Both the position numbers and the translations under genes were made by a program. The notes beneath the pieces are model-generated. The model was given only the letters and a program-made list of their open reading frames with translations. It ran no database searches and was not told where the DNA came from. Of a stretch of DNA of 64,000 nt, positions 9,696-20,031 are shown piece by piece. The DNA is from Candidatus Caldarchaeales archaeon (GTDB taxonomy: Archaea; Thermoproteota; Nitrososphaeria_A; Caldarchaeales; Calditenuaceae): NCBI GenBank assembly GCA_039630085.1, contig JBCNVM010000004.1:1-64000 (forward strand), given 5' to 3'. The first letter of the stretch is position 1; every line of letters begins with the position of its first letter.

Positions 9696-10118
9696 CTACC
9701 TTACCTCCGTGGTGACCGACGACCTATCAGCGTAATGCTTGACGACCCTTGACGGCCTCAACGCGTTCTTGATGTGCTCGAACGCCGCCATCGGGTCGCT
9801 CCTCTCGCCGCAGGTGAAGACGTCGACGGTCGCGTACCCGTATTCGGGCCACGTGTGTATCGCGATGTGGCTCTCGGTCACTACTGCGAGGACCGAGACC
9901 CCTCCCTTGGGGCCCTCGAGCTTCCACTTCTTCAGCTCGAGGAGGTTCACCCTCGCGATCTCGACGGCCTCCATCACGACCCTCTCGAGCATCCCGTCGT
10001 CCCAGAGCGCACCCCTGTCGCATCCGTACAGGTTTCCGTAAACGTGCTTACCCACGATCTCGCTACCATCTCTCAGGACCAAGGATGTCCTGTTCCTCTT
10101 TCCGCCCCTTTCCCCCAT
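9696..10118 (-). CDS. Pyruvoyl-dependent decarboxylase of the AdoMetDC type 1 family, most likely crenarchaeal-type arginine decarboxylase
   Basis: ESH cleavage site, [29 protein letters not shown] and YADRSS match my recollection of the ArgDC paralog better than SpeD. Confidence 0.8.
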   Translation of the reverse strand: MGERGGKRNRTSLVLRDGSEIVGKHVYGNLYGCDRGALWDDGMLERVVMEAVEIARVNLLELKKWKLEGPKGGVSVLAVVTESHIAIHTWPEYGYATVDVFTCGERSDPMAAFEHIKNALRPSRVVKHYADRSSVTTEVR

Positions 10119-10284
10119 CTTCCTCCTTTTCGATCGAACCCGCGATCCGTTGACTTATAAATTATTCACCGCCGGCCTTCACGTAGAACGGCCGAACCCC
10201 CTCGATCGCCGCGGCAAAACCCGGCGAGCCCTCTTGGCCGATAGGTGGACACGCGAACGGCGTAATCGAGCGAATGGTATGTTT

Positions 10285-10625
10285 AAGGTAAACCTCATAC
10301 CTTTTACCGTAAACTGTCTACGATTCAGGTTTTCGGGAGAGCGGGTATCCACATGCAACCATAAACCTCAGGCGACACATTTTATTCCAGTTAAAAGTGA
10401 GATCATTCGGCACCCTAGCCCGTATATAAAGGACCGTCCGCCGCTAATTCGTAATGAACCGAGTTAACGCCCCTATGTGTTCACTCCTGCCCCGGTTCAC
10501 CTTAAGCTTCTTAATGCATGCCCCGCATTTCGATCTGAATCGGTTGGGGGAAATTAGTCTGGAACGTTATTGCTGTTTTAATTGTAATGGAAAACCTGAC
10601 CGTCTAACCTAGTTTACCTTTTACC
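10285..10625. repeat. AT-rich intergenic region with nested inverted repeats and an 11-bp direct repeat
   Basis: AAGGTAAAC 10285 / GTTTACCTT 10612; TCAGGTTTTC 10325 / GAAAACCTGA 10590; TTCCAG 10385 / CTGGAA 10559; TGAACCG 10455 / CGGTTCA 10493; TACCTTTTACC at 10298 and 10615. Confidence 0.6.
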
Positions 10626-10668
10626 ATATAACGTATAAGTTAAAACCAAGTTTGGATGATCGATCGTC

Positions 10669-10989
10669 GTGGTCAAACGGGAGGGGAACCAGCGAAAGAG
10701 GCAGGCCAAGCAGGTCCCCAAGGAGAGGTCGGGGAAGGAGGAGGTCGACAGGAAGCTGGCGGCAGTAGCGGTGTCCCAAGCGTTGGCCCAGCCCCGGTTG
10801 GCCCTTTACTCGCCGCTGGCCTCGGCGGTCCTGAATTACCTGAAGAGCGCGACGCCCCGGTTCAGCATAAGCAGGGAACTGGCTAGGCTGGTGGAGGCGG
10901 AGCTCTCCAAGAAGTACCCGGTGCTGGCTTCCTATATGAGGAGGTCGCTCGAGGCGAGGGGAAGGCGGAGGAGGGCCGGCGAGGGTTGA
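10669..10989 (+). CDS. segB: SegB-like ribbon-helix-helix DNA-binding protein
   Basis: 106 aa with a charged N-terminus; core PRLALYSPLASAVLNYLKSATPRFSISRELARLVEAELSKKYP aligns by eye with Sulfolobales SegB as recalled. Confidence 0.65.
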   Translation: MVKREGNQRKRQAKQVPKERSGKEEVDRKLAAVAVSQALAQPRLALYSPLASAVLNYLKSATPRFSISRELARLVEAELSKKYPVLASYMRRSLEARGRRRRAGEG

Positions 10990-11831
10990 TGGGAGAGGCG
11001 GTCGCGTCGGCGCTCTGGAAGGCGAGGTCCGTCTACGAGGACCTCAGCTCGCGGGGCGAGGCGACTAGGAGGCTCGGCAGAGGGGGCTTTGGCGACGTCA
11101 CGATGATGGCCGACATGATGTGCGAGGAGGCGATAATCTCCGAGCTCACGAGGGGCCTCGGGACCGAAAGGGTAACGATCGTCGCGGAGGAGTCGGGGAT
11201 TAAGGAGTGGAGGGGGACTCCGGACTACGTGATAGTCGTGGATCCGATCGACGGCAGCACCAACCTGAGGAAGGGAATCAAGTGCGTCTCAACGGGCGTG
11301 GCGGTCGCTTGCGGCGAGAGGTTCAAGGACGTGATGGCGAGCGGCGTCCTAGACCTGATCCACGGAGAGCTCTACCTGGCCGCAGAGGACGAGCTCAGGC
11401 TCCCCTCCGATTCCAGGCCTTCGGACGTAAGGGAGGTCAGGGAGGCGGTGATGATGGTCGACTTCAGGTCTGCGAAGAGGGGGTCCGAGAGCGCCGCCAA
11501 GTACCTGAGGTTGATCTCGGAGGCGAAGTACGTCAGGAACTTGGGCTCCTCGCTCCTCGAGCTCGTGCAGATCTCCGTTGGCAGGATCGACGCTTACGTC
11601 TGCATTACTAAGGAGATGAGGGTCTTCGATGTCGTGCCGGCGATGTTCGTCCTCTCCCGACTTGGGTGCCCGATGTGGTCGTCCGGACTGGACATCGGGT
11701 CGCTGCCCTTGGTCACGAAGGACCGCGTCGCTCTGATAGCGTCCGCGAACCGGGAGCTGCACGACGCCCTCTTAGACCTCCTTGAGCTGCCCCGGGCTCA
11801 ACACCGCATGGAGGGAGACGGAGGCGCTTAG
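10986..11831 (+). CDS. Inositol monophosphatase / FBPase family protein
   Basis: AEESG, DPIDGSTN, RNLGS, RVFDV motifs. Confidence 0.88.
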   Translation: MMGEAVASALWKARSVYEDLSSRGEATRRLGRGGFGDVTMMADMMCEEAIISELTRGLGTERVTIVAEESGIKEWRGTPDYVIVVDPIDGSTNLRKGIKCVSTGVAVACGERFKDVMASGVLDLIHGELYLAAEDELRLPSDSRPSDVREVREAVMMVDFRSAKRGSESAAKYLRLISEAKYVRNLGSSLLELVQISVGRIDAYVCITKEMRVFDVVPAMFVLSRLGCPMWSSGLDIGSLPLVTKDRVALIASANRELHDALLDLLELPRAQHRMEGDGGA

Positions 11832-11906
11832 GGACGATTGCCTCTTGCCGGAATTTGAAAACCAACGGTAAACACTTATTTGAGGGTGGTGAAAAAGTAG
11901 TAATTG

Positions 11907-13616
11907 ATGTCGACCGTAGACGAGTTAATCGCGAACAGATTTTGGAGATCCGTTTACCCGCCTGGCGTCAGCCACGAGGTCGAGATACCGAACAAGTCTT
12001 ACCATCAGCTTTTCGTCGAGTCCGCTGAGCAGAGGGCAGACAAGGTCGCGGCGATCTTCGCCGGAGAGCAGTACACGTACAGGTGGCTGCTTGAGAACTC
12101 GCTCAGGGTCGCAGGCTATCTGAGGTCGGTTGGGCTGAAGGTGGGGGACAGGGTGGCGCTGGTCCTCCCCAACTCGTCCCAGTTCATCGTCTCCTATTAC
12201 GGAACCCTGATGGCCGGTGGCACCGTCGTCCCGATCAACCCGCTCTACAAGGCCACCGAGATCAACTACATCCTCGCGAGGAGCAAGTCGAGGTTCGTCT
12301 TCTCGCTGGACCTCTTCCACGACGAAGTTCTCAGGGCCCTCGAGGGCACGAAGGTCGAGAAGGTCGTCGTCACCAACATCGCGGACGTCCTGCCCAAGTT
12401 GAAGGCCGTGCTCGGGAAGCTGCTGAAGAAGGTCCCGACGAAACCGCTCGTGAGCGATCCGAGGGTCGTCAAGTTCAGCGAGGTGTTGTCTTACAGGCCC
12501 ATCCGCCGGGAGGAGGTCGCGAGCGTGGACCCGGAGAGGACGCCTGCAGCCATCTGCTTCACCAGCGGCACGACAGGCCTCCCGAAGGGCGCCGTTCTCC
12601 TCCACAGAAACCTAGCCGCGAACATGTATCAGAGCTACGAGATGGCCAGGTCCGTGCTCACCGAGGACGAGACCGTACTTGCCGTGCTCCCGTTCTTCCA
12701 CATCTACGGCCAGACAGCGATAATGGGGACCGGGCTATGCTTCGGTTACAAGCTCGTGGTCGTGCCAAGACCCAACGTCGACGAGATGCTCGAGCTGATC
12801 GAGCGGTACGGGATCACCATAGTGTTCGGGGTGCCAGCGCTGTTCAACGCCTTCATCAACTCCCCGAAGTTCAGGAGGGAGATCTTCTCACACGTGAAGC
12901 TCTGCGTGTCCGGCGCCGACAAGCTTCACCAGGAGATCGCGAGGAGGTTCGAGCAGGCCACCGGGAAGAAGATCGTGGAGGGCTACGGACTGACCGAGAC
13001 CAGCCCCGTCACGCACCTGAACCCTCCGACGAACCCGCGCATCGGATCTATCGGGCTTCCCGTCCCGAGCACCTACGCCTGGGTCTTCAAGCTTGAGGCG
13101 AACGAGCCGCTCGGCATCGGCGAGATAGGGGAGCTGGCCGTCTCGGGGCCGCAGGTGATGGACGGGTACCTCGAGGACCCGGAGGCGAACAGGGCTGCCT
13201 TCTTCAACCTCCTCGGCAGGAGGTGGTTCAGGACCGGTGACATCGCGAAGGTCGACCAAGACGGCTTCTTCTACATCATAGAGAGGAAGAAGGACCTGAT
13301 CAAGTACAAGGGCTGGTCGATCTACCCAGCCGAGGTCGAGAACGCGGTCCTGAGGCACGAGGGCGTGAAGGCGGTGGCGGTCGTCGGTGTTCCGGACATC
13401 GAGGTCGGCGAAAGAGTGGTGATGTTCGTGGTGCCGAAGCCCGAGTTCAAGGACAAGCTCACCGAGGAGTCCCTGAAGGCCTGGTGCGAGAAGAACCTGG
13501 CGCCCTTCCAGGTCCCGGAGAGGATATACTTCAAGGACGAGCTGCCCGTGAGCATGACCGGAAAAGTGCTGAGGCGGGTTCTAAGGGAGGAAGCGATCGC
13601 GACGCTGAAGAGGTGA
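11907..13616 (+). CDS. Long-chain fatty acid-CoA ligase
   Basis: FTSGTTGLPKG, EGYGLTE, FRTGD, TGKVLRR adenylation motifs. Confidence 0.92.
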   Translation: MSTVDELIANRFWRSVYPPGVSHEVEIPNKSYHQLFVESAEQRADKVAAIFAGEQYTYRWLLENSLRVAGYLRSVGLKVGDRVALVLPNSSQFIVSYYGTLMAGGTVVPINPLYKATEINYILARSKSRFVFSLDLFHDEVLRALEGTKVEKVVVTNIADVLPKLKAVLGKLLKKVPTKPLVSDPRVVKFSEVLSYRPIRREEVASVDPERTPAAICFTSGTTGLPKGAVLLHRNLAANMYQSYEMARSVLTEDETVLAVLPFFHIYGQTAIMGTGLCFGYKLVVVPRPNVDEMLELIERYGITIVFGVPALFNAFINSPKFRREIFSHVKLCVSGADKLHQEIARRFEQATGKKIVEGYGLTETSPVTHLNPPTNPRIGSIGLPVPSTYAWVFKLEANEPLGIGEIGELAVSGPQVMDGYLEDPEANRAAFFNLLGRRWFRTGDIAKVDQDGFFYIIERKKDLIKYKGWSIYPAEVENAVLRHEGVKAVAVVGVPDIEVGERVVMFVVPKPEFKDKLTEESLKAWCEKNLAPFQVPERIYFKDELPVSMTGKVLRRVLREEAIATLKR

Positions 13617-15569
13617 TCACTCTCCCTTGAACTCCGGCTTCCTCTTCGCGAAGAACGCCGAGATCCCCTCGATCAGGTCCTTCGTCGCGAAGAGCTGACC
13701 GAATAATGACGACTCGTACCTGAGTCCCTCCTCTATCGGGACGTCGAGCGCCGCGTTGATCGCCTTCTTCGCGTACTCAAGCCCGATGGGCGGCATCTCC
13801 GCGAGCTTCAGGGCGAACTCCCTCACGGAGTCCATGAACTTCTCGGTCGGGAAGACCTTGTCGACCATTCCGAGCGCCTCAGCCTCCCTCGCCCTCAGCC
13901 TTTCACCGAAGTAGATCACGAGCTTTGCCCTCGAGGGCCCAATCAGCCTCGCGAGCCTCTGGGTTCCTCCGGCTCCAGGTATCAGGCCGAGCCTGATCTC
14001 CGGCTGACCGACCTCTGACCGCTCCGATGCGATCCTGAAGTCGCAGGCCAGGGCTATCTCCATCCCACCTCCGAGGGCGTACCCGTCGATGGCTGCTATG
14101 ACGGGCTTCGGGCACCTCTCGACCTTCAGGAGGACCTCGGAAAGCTTCCAGGAGAACTTCGAGGCGGCGTGGACCTTGTTCTCTAGGCTCATCAGCTCCA
14201 TGAAGCCCGCGATGTCAGCCCCAGCCGAGAAAGCCCTGCCCCCCTCGCCGGCGATCAGTATGACCCTGACCTGCTTGTCTTCCGTCAATTCGTCGATGGC
14301 CCTGTCCAGCTCCTCGATCATCGTCGGCGTGATCGCGTTCAGCCTGTGGGGCCTGTTGAGCACGATCCATCCGAGAGGCGGCTCCCTCCTGACATAGATC
14401 TCCTGGTACTCCCTTTTCACCTCGGGCGCCCTGCCCACCAGACTGAGGAGGTAGGGAACGGGCCTGTAGCCCTCTCCCAGCTCCCGCTCGAGCTCTGAGA
14501 GGACTTGCGTCACCTTCTCCACGGTCAGCTCAGGCGCGTACCCGAAGACTCCCTTCGGCAGGTTAGTCCCGAGCTTCATCGCGGTCTCGACGTCCTCGTG
14601 GGTCGCGTAGCCCTCCTCCACCAACCGTGCAGCTTCGTTCATCGCAGGGACGAGTATGTAGGCGAGGTCGACGTCCTTGCCCGCGTCGGTCGGTATCTCG
14701 GGCCTCGCGGCCTTGCTGTAGTCGTAGAAGCCCCTCCCCGACTTGACGCCCAGCTCTCCACGTTCCACGCGCTCCCTGATTAGTGGAACGTCCCCGAACC
14801 TCCTGTCCCTCTGACTTATGACCTTGGAGACGTTGTGCGCGACGTCGATGCCCACGAAGTCGGCGAGCTCGAAGACCCCCATCGGGAAGCCGGCCCTGTA
14901 CTTCGTGGCGGAGTCGATCTGGAGGACCGTGTACTTCCCCTTCTGGACCAGATGGCACGCGACCTCGAAGACCCTGGAGAGGATCCGGTTCACTATGAAC
15001 CCCGCCACGTCTCTCTTCACGAGGACCTGCGTCTTGCCCAAGGACTTCACGAACTCCTGCGTGGTCCTCAGGGTCTCCTCCGAGGTCTTGTCGCCGAGGA
15101 TGATCTCTACGAGCTGCATGAGCTGGGGCGGGTTGAAGAAGTGGATCCCGATGAACCTCTCGGGCCTGCTGAGCGCCGCCGCGAGCTCGTTGATCGGGAT
15201 GGAGCTCGTGTTGGTGCCGATCACCTTCACCCTTTGAGCCGCCGCCTCCGCCCTCCTCAGGACCTCCTTCTTCACCCCTAAGTCCTCGAAGACCGCCTCG
15301 ATCACGATTTCGGCGTCCCTGCAGGCCTCCTCGATGGAGGTCGTCGTCGAGATCCTGCCCAGCGTGGCAGCCACGTCCTCTTGCTTTATCCTCCCCTTCT
15401 CGGCGAACTTCTCCAAGCTCCACTTGATCCTCTCCATAGCCCGCTTCAGGATCTCATCGGACACGTCCACCACGTTCACCCTGTAGCCGGCCATCGCCGC
15501 GACCTGTGCGATCCCATGGCCCATCGCGCCGGCCCCCAGAACGGTAACTGAACTGACCGGGCCGCTCAC
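13617..15569 (-). CDS. Fused 3-hydroxyacyl-CoA dehydrogenase / enoyl-CoA hydratase
   Basis: GAGAMG, TNTSS, HFFNPP, GFIVNR; C-terminal crotonase motifs AFSAGAD, ALGGGME, PGAGGTQRL. Confidence 0.93.
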   Translation of the reverse strand: MSGPVSSVTVLGAGAMGHGIAQVAAMAGYRVNVVDVSDEILKRAMERIKWSLEKFAEKGRIKQEDVAATLGRISTTTSIEEACRDAEIVIEAVFEDLGVKKEVLRRAEAAAQRVKVIGTNTSSIPINELAAALSRPERFIGIHFFNPPQLMQLVEIILGDKTSEETLRTTQEFVKSLGKTQVLVKRDVAGFIVNRILSRVFEVACHLVQKGKYTVLQIDSATKYRAGFPMGVFELADFVGIDVAHNVSKVISQRDRRFGDVPLIRERVERGELGVKSGRGFYDYSKAARPEIPTDAGKDVDLAYILVPAMNEAARLVEEGYATHEDVETAMKLGTNLPKGVFGYAPELTVEKVTQVLSELERELGEGYRPVPYLLSLVGRAPEVKREYQEIYVRREPPLGWIVLNRPHRLNAITPTMIEELDRAIDELTEDKQVRVILIAGEGGRAFSAGADIAGFMELMSLENKVHAASKFSWKLSEVLLKVERCPKPVIAAIDGYALGGGMEIALACDFRIASERSEVGQPEIRLGLIPGAGGTQRLARLIGPSRAKLVIYFGERLRAREAEALGMVDKVFPTEKFMDSVREFALKLAEMPPIGLEYAKKAINAALDVPIEEGLRYESSLFGQLFATKDLIEGISAFFAKRKPEFKGE

Positions 15570-15646
15570 GATTTTTAAATGACGTCTTGGGTTATAAGTG
15601 TTCTCAGCAAAATCTCAGACAACGTTGATCTATTTCGGCCGGGTCG

Positions 15647-16429
15647 GTGGAACGTATGGCGCCCGAGTTCGGGCTCTCCGATCGGCTGAGGTCGTCGATG
15701 AGGAGGCTCGGGCTGACGGACTACGAGGTGAGGGCGTACCTCGGGCTTCTGGAGGTCGGGTCAGCGACGGCTGCGGAGCTGTCGGGACACACGGGCATAC
15801 CGATCTCTAGGATCTACGGCGTGATCAACTCGCTAGTAGAGGCCGGCTGGGTGCTAGCGGAGGGCGGGAGGCCGACTAAGTACAGGCCCCAAGACCCCGA
15901 GACCGCGGTACGGGCGAGCCTATCGAGGGCGAGGAACCTGCTTGAGGAGGCGGGGAGGCAGTTGGTCGAGGAGCTCTCCCCCCTCTACCGAAGGAGTGGC
16001 GACAGGGAGATGCCCCAACTCTGGATAGTCAGGGGCGAGTCCGAGCTCTGGAGGCAGACGAAGGCCCTCATCGCGAAGGCCCAGGTCAACCTGTCCGTGG
16101 CACTGCCGGTCCTGCCGGAGGAGGTTCTCCAGACGCTGGTCCCTGCGGCGTCGGTGATGAGGGAGAAGGGACGGGAGGTGAGGGTTCTGGTCGGAGGAGG
16201 TGTGGGCAGCAGGGAGCTCAGGGGCCTGACCGACGTCGCAAGCGTGAGGAGGAGAGAACTGACGTTCGGAGGCGGCGTCATAGCCGACTCGGCCGAGGTC
16301 CTCCTGATACTGATGGACGCGGACCAGCAGCGCCCCAAGGCCGGGATTTACTCGGACCACGCGATGCTCACCGCGTTGGCCCAGACCTACTTCGACCTGC
16401 TCTGGTCCTCATCTCAGCCCGTCGACTGA
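15647..16429 (+). CDS. TrmB family transcriptional regulator
   Basis: LGLTDYEVRAY...IPISRIY wHTH plus C-terminal effector domain. Confidence 0.88.
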   Translation: MERMAPEFGLSDRLRSSMRRLGLTDYEVRAYLGLLEVGSATAAELSGHTGIPISRIYGVINSLVEAGWVLAEGGRPTKYRPQDPETAVRASLSRARNLLEEAGRQLVEELSPLYRRSGDREMPQLWIVRGESELWRQTKALIAKAQVNLSVALPVLPEEVLQTLVPAASVMREKGREVRVLVGGGVGSRELRGLTDVASVRRRELTFGGGVIADSAEVLLILMDADQQRPKAGIYSDHAMLTALAQTYFDLLWSSSQPVD

Positions 16430-17145
16430 AGGACGCGGAGGAACCTGAGGGCGTCGTCGAACATCGTGACGTTGTTGAACATGACGTAGACCTCCTCAGC
16501 CTTGACACCTCTAAGCTGCATCGCCAGCGTTCTCAGGTCATCATCGGTGTAGGTGTAGCTGTACATCTTCTTGCCGGGAGGCGAGCCGTGAAGCCTGAAG
16601 TAAGCGACGGATCGGCTCGAGAGGGCGACGGGCATCGCGGAGAACGGGTCCGTGACGTGCGTGACATCCGTCTCCTCGCAGACCCTCCTGACGCTCCCCG
16701 GCGACCAGCCCCTGGGTTCGAACCCCACGACCGCGTCGTCCCGCTCGATCGAGCCGAAGAACCTGATGGCGTTTGCGACGTTCTCAGACGTGTCCCTGAA
16801 GGCTGGGGGCGTCTGGACCACCACCGCCCTCGCGGAGAGGGCCCTGACCGCTTCCAACGTGACCTCCCAGCTCTCCGTCACCTCCTCGGTAAGCCTGAGG
16901 AGCCCGTGTCCGTCCCTGGGCCTGACGTTGGACCTCCTCCAGGTTGGGCTCTCCTTCGGGTGCGTGACGCCTTGGAAGGCCTTCAGGGCGAAGACGAAGC
17001 CGTCCGGGGCCTCCCTCCTCCACCTCTCGAGCGTCGACTTCCTGACGACCCTGTAGAATGTGGTCTGGACCTCGACGGCCCCGAGTCTCCGGTAGTACCG
17101 GTTCCTCGCGACCGGGAAACCGCAGCACCCGACGATCGCCTTCAT
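16414..17145 (-). CDS. DUF72 family protein
   Basis: VGCCGF, VEVQTTFY, FALKA, YFRLHG, VMFNN; ATG at 17145 overlaps the upstream stop. Confidence 0.88.
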   Translation of the reverse strand: MKAIVGCCGFPVARNRYYRRLGAVEVQTTFYRVVRKSTLERWRREAPDGFVFALKAFQGVTHPKESPTWRRSNVRPRDGHGLLRLTEEVTESWEVTLEAVRALSARAVVVQTPPAFRDTSENVANAIRFFGSIERDDAVVGFEPRGWSPGSVRRVCEETDVTHVTDPFSAMPVALSSRSVAYFRLHGSPPGKKMYSYTYTDDDLRTLAMQLRGVKAEEVYVMFNNVTMFDDALRFLRVLQSTG

Positions 17146-17870
17146 CTCCCGACGAGGCTCCTCAGCCCCTCCAGCAGGTCCTCGACCGAAGCGAGCCTCG
17201 AGACGACTAGCGGTATCCTCTCGAGCTGGCTCAGCTTCACCGCCAGCGGGTCGACGGAATCTGCGTTGACGGGCCCGTGGAGCACGACGGCCCTCGGCTT
17301 GAGGGGGAAGACCCTGATCGCGACCATCGGCGACCTGCCCGTCGTCACGTTCGCGAAGGCGATCACCCGCATCGAGTTCCTCCCGAAGATGTTGACGAAG
17401 TCGTAAGGCCCGAGCTCGAGGATAGCCCTGATGCTGTCTACCAGCGTGTACCCGTGCACGAGGGCCCCTTGCTCCTCCTTCAGCGTCACGAACTCGCCGT
17501 TCACGGCCCTCACCACCTCCCTGAGCTCGATGGGGACGTGGAACTCGACGATGTCCATTATCGAGCGCTGGACTTTGATCGCGTCCTGGACGAACCTCAT
17601 CACGTTGTGCCCTCCCCTCTTCACGTCGAGCTCGATCAGGCTCCTCACGAACCTGCTGACGAACTGGACCCCCGGCGACATCCTCTTGCCCTTCTCGTAG
17701 TCGCTGAGAACCGGCGGCGAGACGCCCATCTTGGACGCGACCTCCCTCTGCGAGAGCTGGAAGAGCAGCCTCCACTTCCTCATCGTCTTGCCCGGCTCGG
17801 GCGATAGGACGATGTCCGAAGCGACGTAGGACGCGACTTGGTTCACCAGAACCTCGTCGGGTTCAGCCAT
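17142..17870 (-). CDS. Conserved archaeal XRE-HTH transcriptional regulator (COG1709-like)
   Basis: PGKTMRKWR, VLSDYEKG, TTGRSPMVAIRV motifs. Confidence 0.82.
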   Translation of the reverse strand: MAEPDEVLVNQVASYVASDIVLSPEPGKTMRKWRLLFQLSQREVASKMGVSPPVLSDYEKGKRMSPGVQFVSRFVRSLIELDVKRGGHNVMRFVQDAIKVQRSIMDIVEFHVPIELREVVRAVNGEFVTLKEEQGALVHGYTLVDSIRAILELGPYDFVNIFGRNSMRVIAFANVTTGRSPMVAIRVFPLKPRAVVLHGPVNADSVDPLAVKLSQLERIPLVVSRLASVEDLLEGLRSLVGR

Positions 17871-17923
17871 CCCTGCGGCCCCCGCGAGCTGAGGTTAATA
17901 AGTGATTAACTCTCGATAGCCGG

Positions 17924-18946
17924 ATGCCTAAAGAATTACAGCTTGGCGTGGCGGCATTCGCGAGCCATTCAGCGATCCAAGTGGTGATCGGCGCAAACGA
18001 GGAGGGACTCAGGGCCGCTCTTTTCGGGGACGAGAGGGCGCTCAGGCTGTACAGGAGGTTCCCGGTCCTCAGGTTCGATCCGAGGCCCTATGAGGGCATC
18101 GGGACGCTGGACTCGCTGGGCGAGGAGGGCTACGTCCTCGTACCGAACGGCTCAGTCGTCGAGTACGTGGGCGCGGAGAACGTCAGCCGCGCGAGGATCC
18201 CAGTCTTCGGGTCGAGGAGGCTGCTGGCGATAGAGTCGTCCCAGGAGTCAAAGATGCGGCTCCTCCGAGAGGCCTCGATACCCGTCCCGAAAGAGTACGG
18301 CTCCCCAGAGGAGGTCGAGGGGCCCGTGATCGTGAAGGTCCCCGGCGCAAGGGGAGGGCGAGGTTACTTCGTCGCCAGCTCGCCCGAGGAGGTGCAGAGG
18401 GGCATAGAAGCCGCCCTCGCCTCCGGCGCGCTGAGGCCCGGCGAGCGGCCCGTGATTCAGCAGTACGTGGTCGGCACCACGCTCTACGCCCACTTCTTCC
18501 ACTCCCCGATCCACCGGAGGACCGAGCTCACGGGCTTTGACGTGAGGTACGAGTCGGACGCGGACGGCCTGAGGAGGGCGCCCGTCGGCGTGGCCGAGAG
18601 GTTTTCGCCCACCTTCACCGTCGTGGGGAACTTCCCCGTCTTCCCAAGGGAGAGGCTTCTCGAGACCTTCGCGGAGCTCGGCGAGAGGTTCGTCGAAGCG
18701 GTCGTGAGGGCTACGGGCCAGCCCTTCGCGGGGCCGTTCTGCCTCGAGTCGGTCGTCGACAGGGACCTGAACGTCCGCGTCTTCGAGTTCAGCGGGAGGA
18801 TCGTCGCGGGGACCAACGTCTACCTCGGGCACGGGAGCCCCTACCTCGCCCTCTACTTCGGCGAGCCCATGACGGTCGGGAGGAGGATCGCGGTGGAGCT
18901 GAAGGCCGCCGCGGAGACCGGGAGCCTCGGGGAGGTCCTGACGTGA
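17924..18946 (+). CDS. purP: PurP family formate-AICAR ligase paralog 1 (ATP-grasp)
   Basis: SHSA, VPNGS, GGRGYF, RYESDADG, RIVAGTN, VGRRIA. Confidence 0.85.
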   Translation: MPKELQLGVAAFASHSAIQVVIGANEEGLRAALFGDERALRLYRRFPVLRFDPRPYEGIGTLDSLGEEGYVLVPNGSVVEYVGAENVSRARIPVFGSRRLLAIESSQESKMRLLREASIPVPKEYGSPEEVEGPVIVKVPGARGGRGYFVASSPEEVQRGIEAALASGALRPGERPVIQQYVVGTTLYAHFFHSPIHRRTELTGFDVRYESDADGLRRAPVGVAERFSPTFTVVGNFPVFPRERLLETFAELGERFVEAVVRATGQPFAGPFCLESVVDRDLNVRVFEFSGRIVAGTNVYLGHGSPYLALYFGEPMTVGRRIAVELKAAAETGSLGEVLT

Positions 18947-18978
18947 CCGTTTTCTCATAGTGCGGCCAAGGTGGTTCC

Positions 18979-20031
18979 GTGGTCCGCGTGGCCTGCGTCG
19001 CATCCCACTCGGCGCTCGACGTCTTCGACGGCGCCAAGGACGAGGGCCTCGGGACTGTAGCGATTTGCAGGAAGGGACGCGACCTCATCTACAAGTCGCT
19101 GACCCGACTGGTGGACCTCTGCGTCGACCTGAACGACTACGGGGAGATGCTGAGGGAAGACGTTCAGACGAGGCTGATAGAGCTCGGGTGCGTCGTCGTC
19201 CCGAACAGGAGCATGGCCGTCTACGTCGGTTACGACGGGATAGAGCGGGAGCTCAGGGTTCCGGTCTTCGGTAACAGGAGGATGTTGAGGTGGGAGGAGA
19301 GGGCGGGTGAGTCCAATTACTACAGGCTGCTCGACGAAGCGGGAGTCAGGAGGCCCAAGGTCTACGGCGATCTGGACGATGTCGACGGTCCCGTGCTCCT
19401 CAAGGTTCAGGAGGCGAGGAGGCCCCAAGAGAGGGCCTTCATCTATGCGACGGACCGCGACGAACTGAACGCGAAGGTGAGGGCAGCGCTAACCTCGGGT
19501 TTGATATCAGAGGAGGGCCTGAGGTCTGCGGTGGCGGAGGAGCTGGTCCTAGGGGCCCACTTCAACGTCAACTTCTTCTTCAGTCGGGTGCACGGGAGGC
19601 TCGAGATTGTCAGCGCCGACAGGAGGATCCAGACGAACCTCGACGGCGTGGTCCGGCTGCCGGCTAGGGTCCAGCTGGGACTTGAGGTGCCTCACTCTAT
19701 GATCGAGGTCGGGCACGTCCCCTGCACGCTCAGGGAGAGCCTCTTGAACGAGTGCTACGGGATCGGGCTCAGGGTCCTCGAGGCCTCGATGAGGTTGGAG
19801 CCTCCCGGCCTGATAGGGCCCTTCACCCTCCAGCTCCTCGTGACCCCGGACCTGAAGTCGGTCGTCTACGACTTCGCCCCTAGGATTGGAGGAGGTACCA
19901 ACGCCCACATGGGGACCGGCGGGAACTACTCGAAGCTCTGGCTGGGCAAAGCGGTCAGCATGGGGAGGAGGATCGCGATCGAGCTGAGGGAGGCCGAGGA
20001 GCAGGGGATGCTCGAGGAGGTCCTGACCTAG
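18979..20031 (+). CDS. purP: PurP family formate-AICAR ligase paralog 2
   Basis: [31 protein letters not shown]. Confidence 0.85.
   Translation: MVRVACVASHSALDVFDGAKDEGLGTVAICRKGRDLIYKSLTRLVDLCVDLNDYGEMLREDVQTRLIELGCVVVPNRSMAVYVGYDGIERELRVPVFGNRRMLRWEERAGESNYYRLLDEAGVRRPKVYGDLDDVDGPVLLKVQEARRPQERAFIYATDRDELNAKVRAALTSGLISEEGLRSAVAEELVLGAHFNVNFFFSRVHGRLEIVSADRRIQTNLDGVVRLPARVQLGLEVPHSMIEVGHVPCTLRESLLNECYGIGLRVLEASMRLEPPGLIGPFTLQLLVTPDLKSVVYDFAPRIGGGTNAHMGTGGNYSKLWLGKAVSMGRRIAIELREAEEQGMLEEVLT

Noticed and set aside
10150-10467. 105-aa ORF in the AT-rich gap
   Set aside because: Codon usage unlike real genes here, no motifs, and it overlaps the promoter of the divergent decarboxylase
17146-17775. 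N-terminal extension of the 453-aa ORF
   Set aside because: Alternative frame of the HTH regulator; DUF72 similarity starts at 17145
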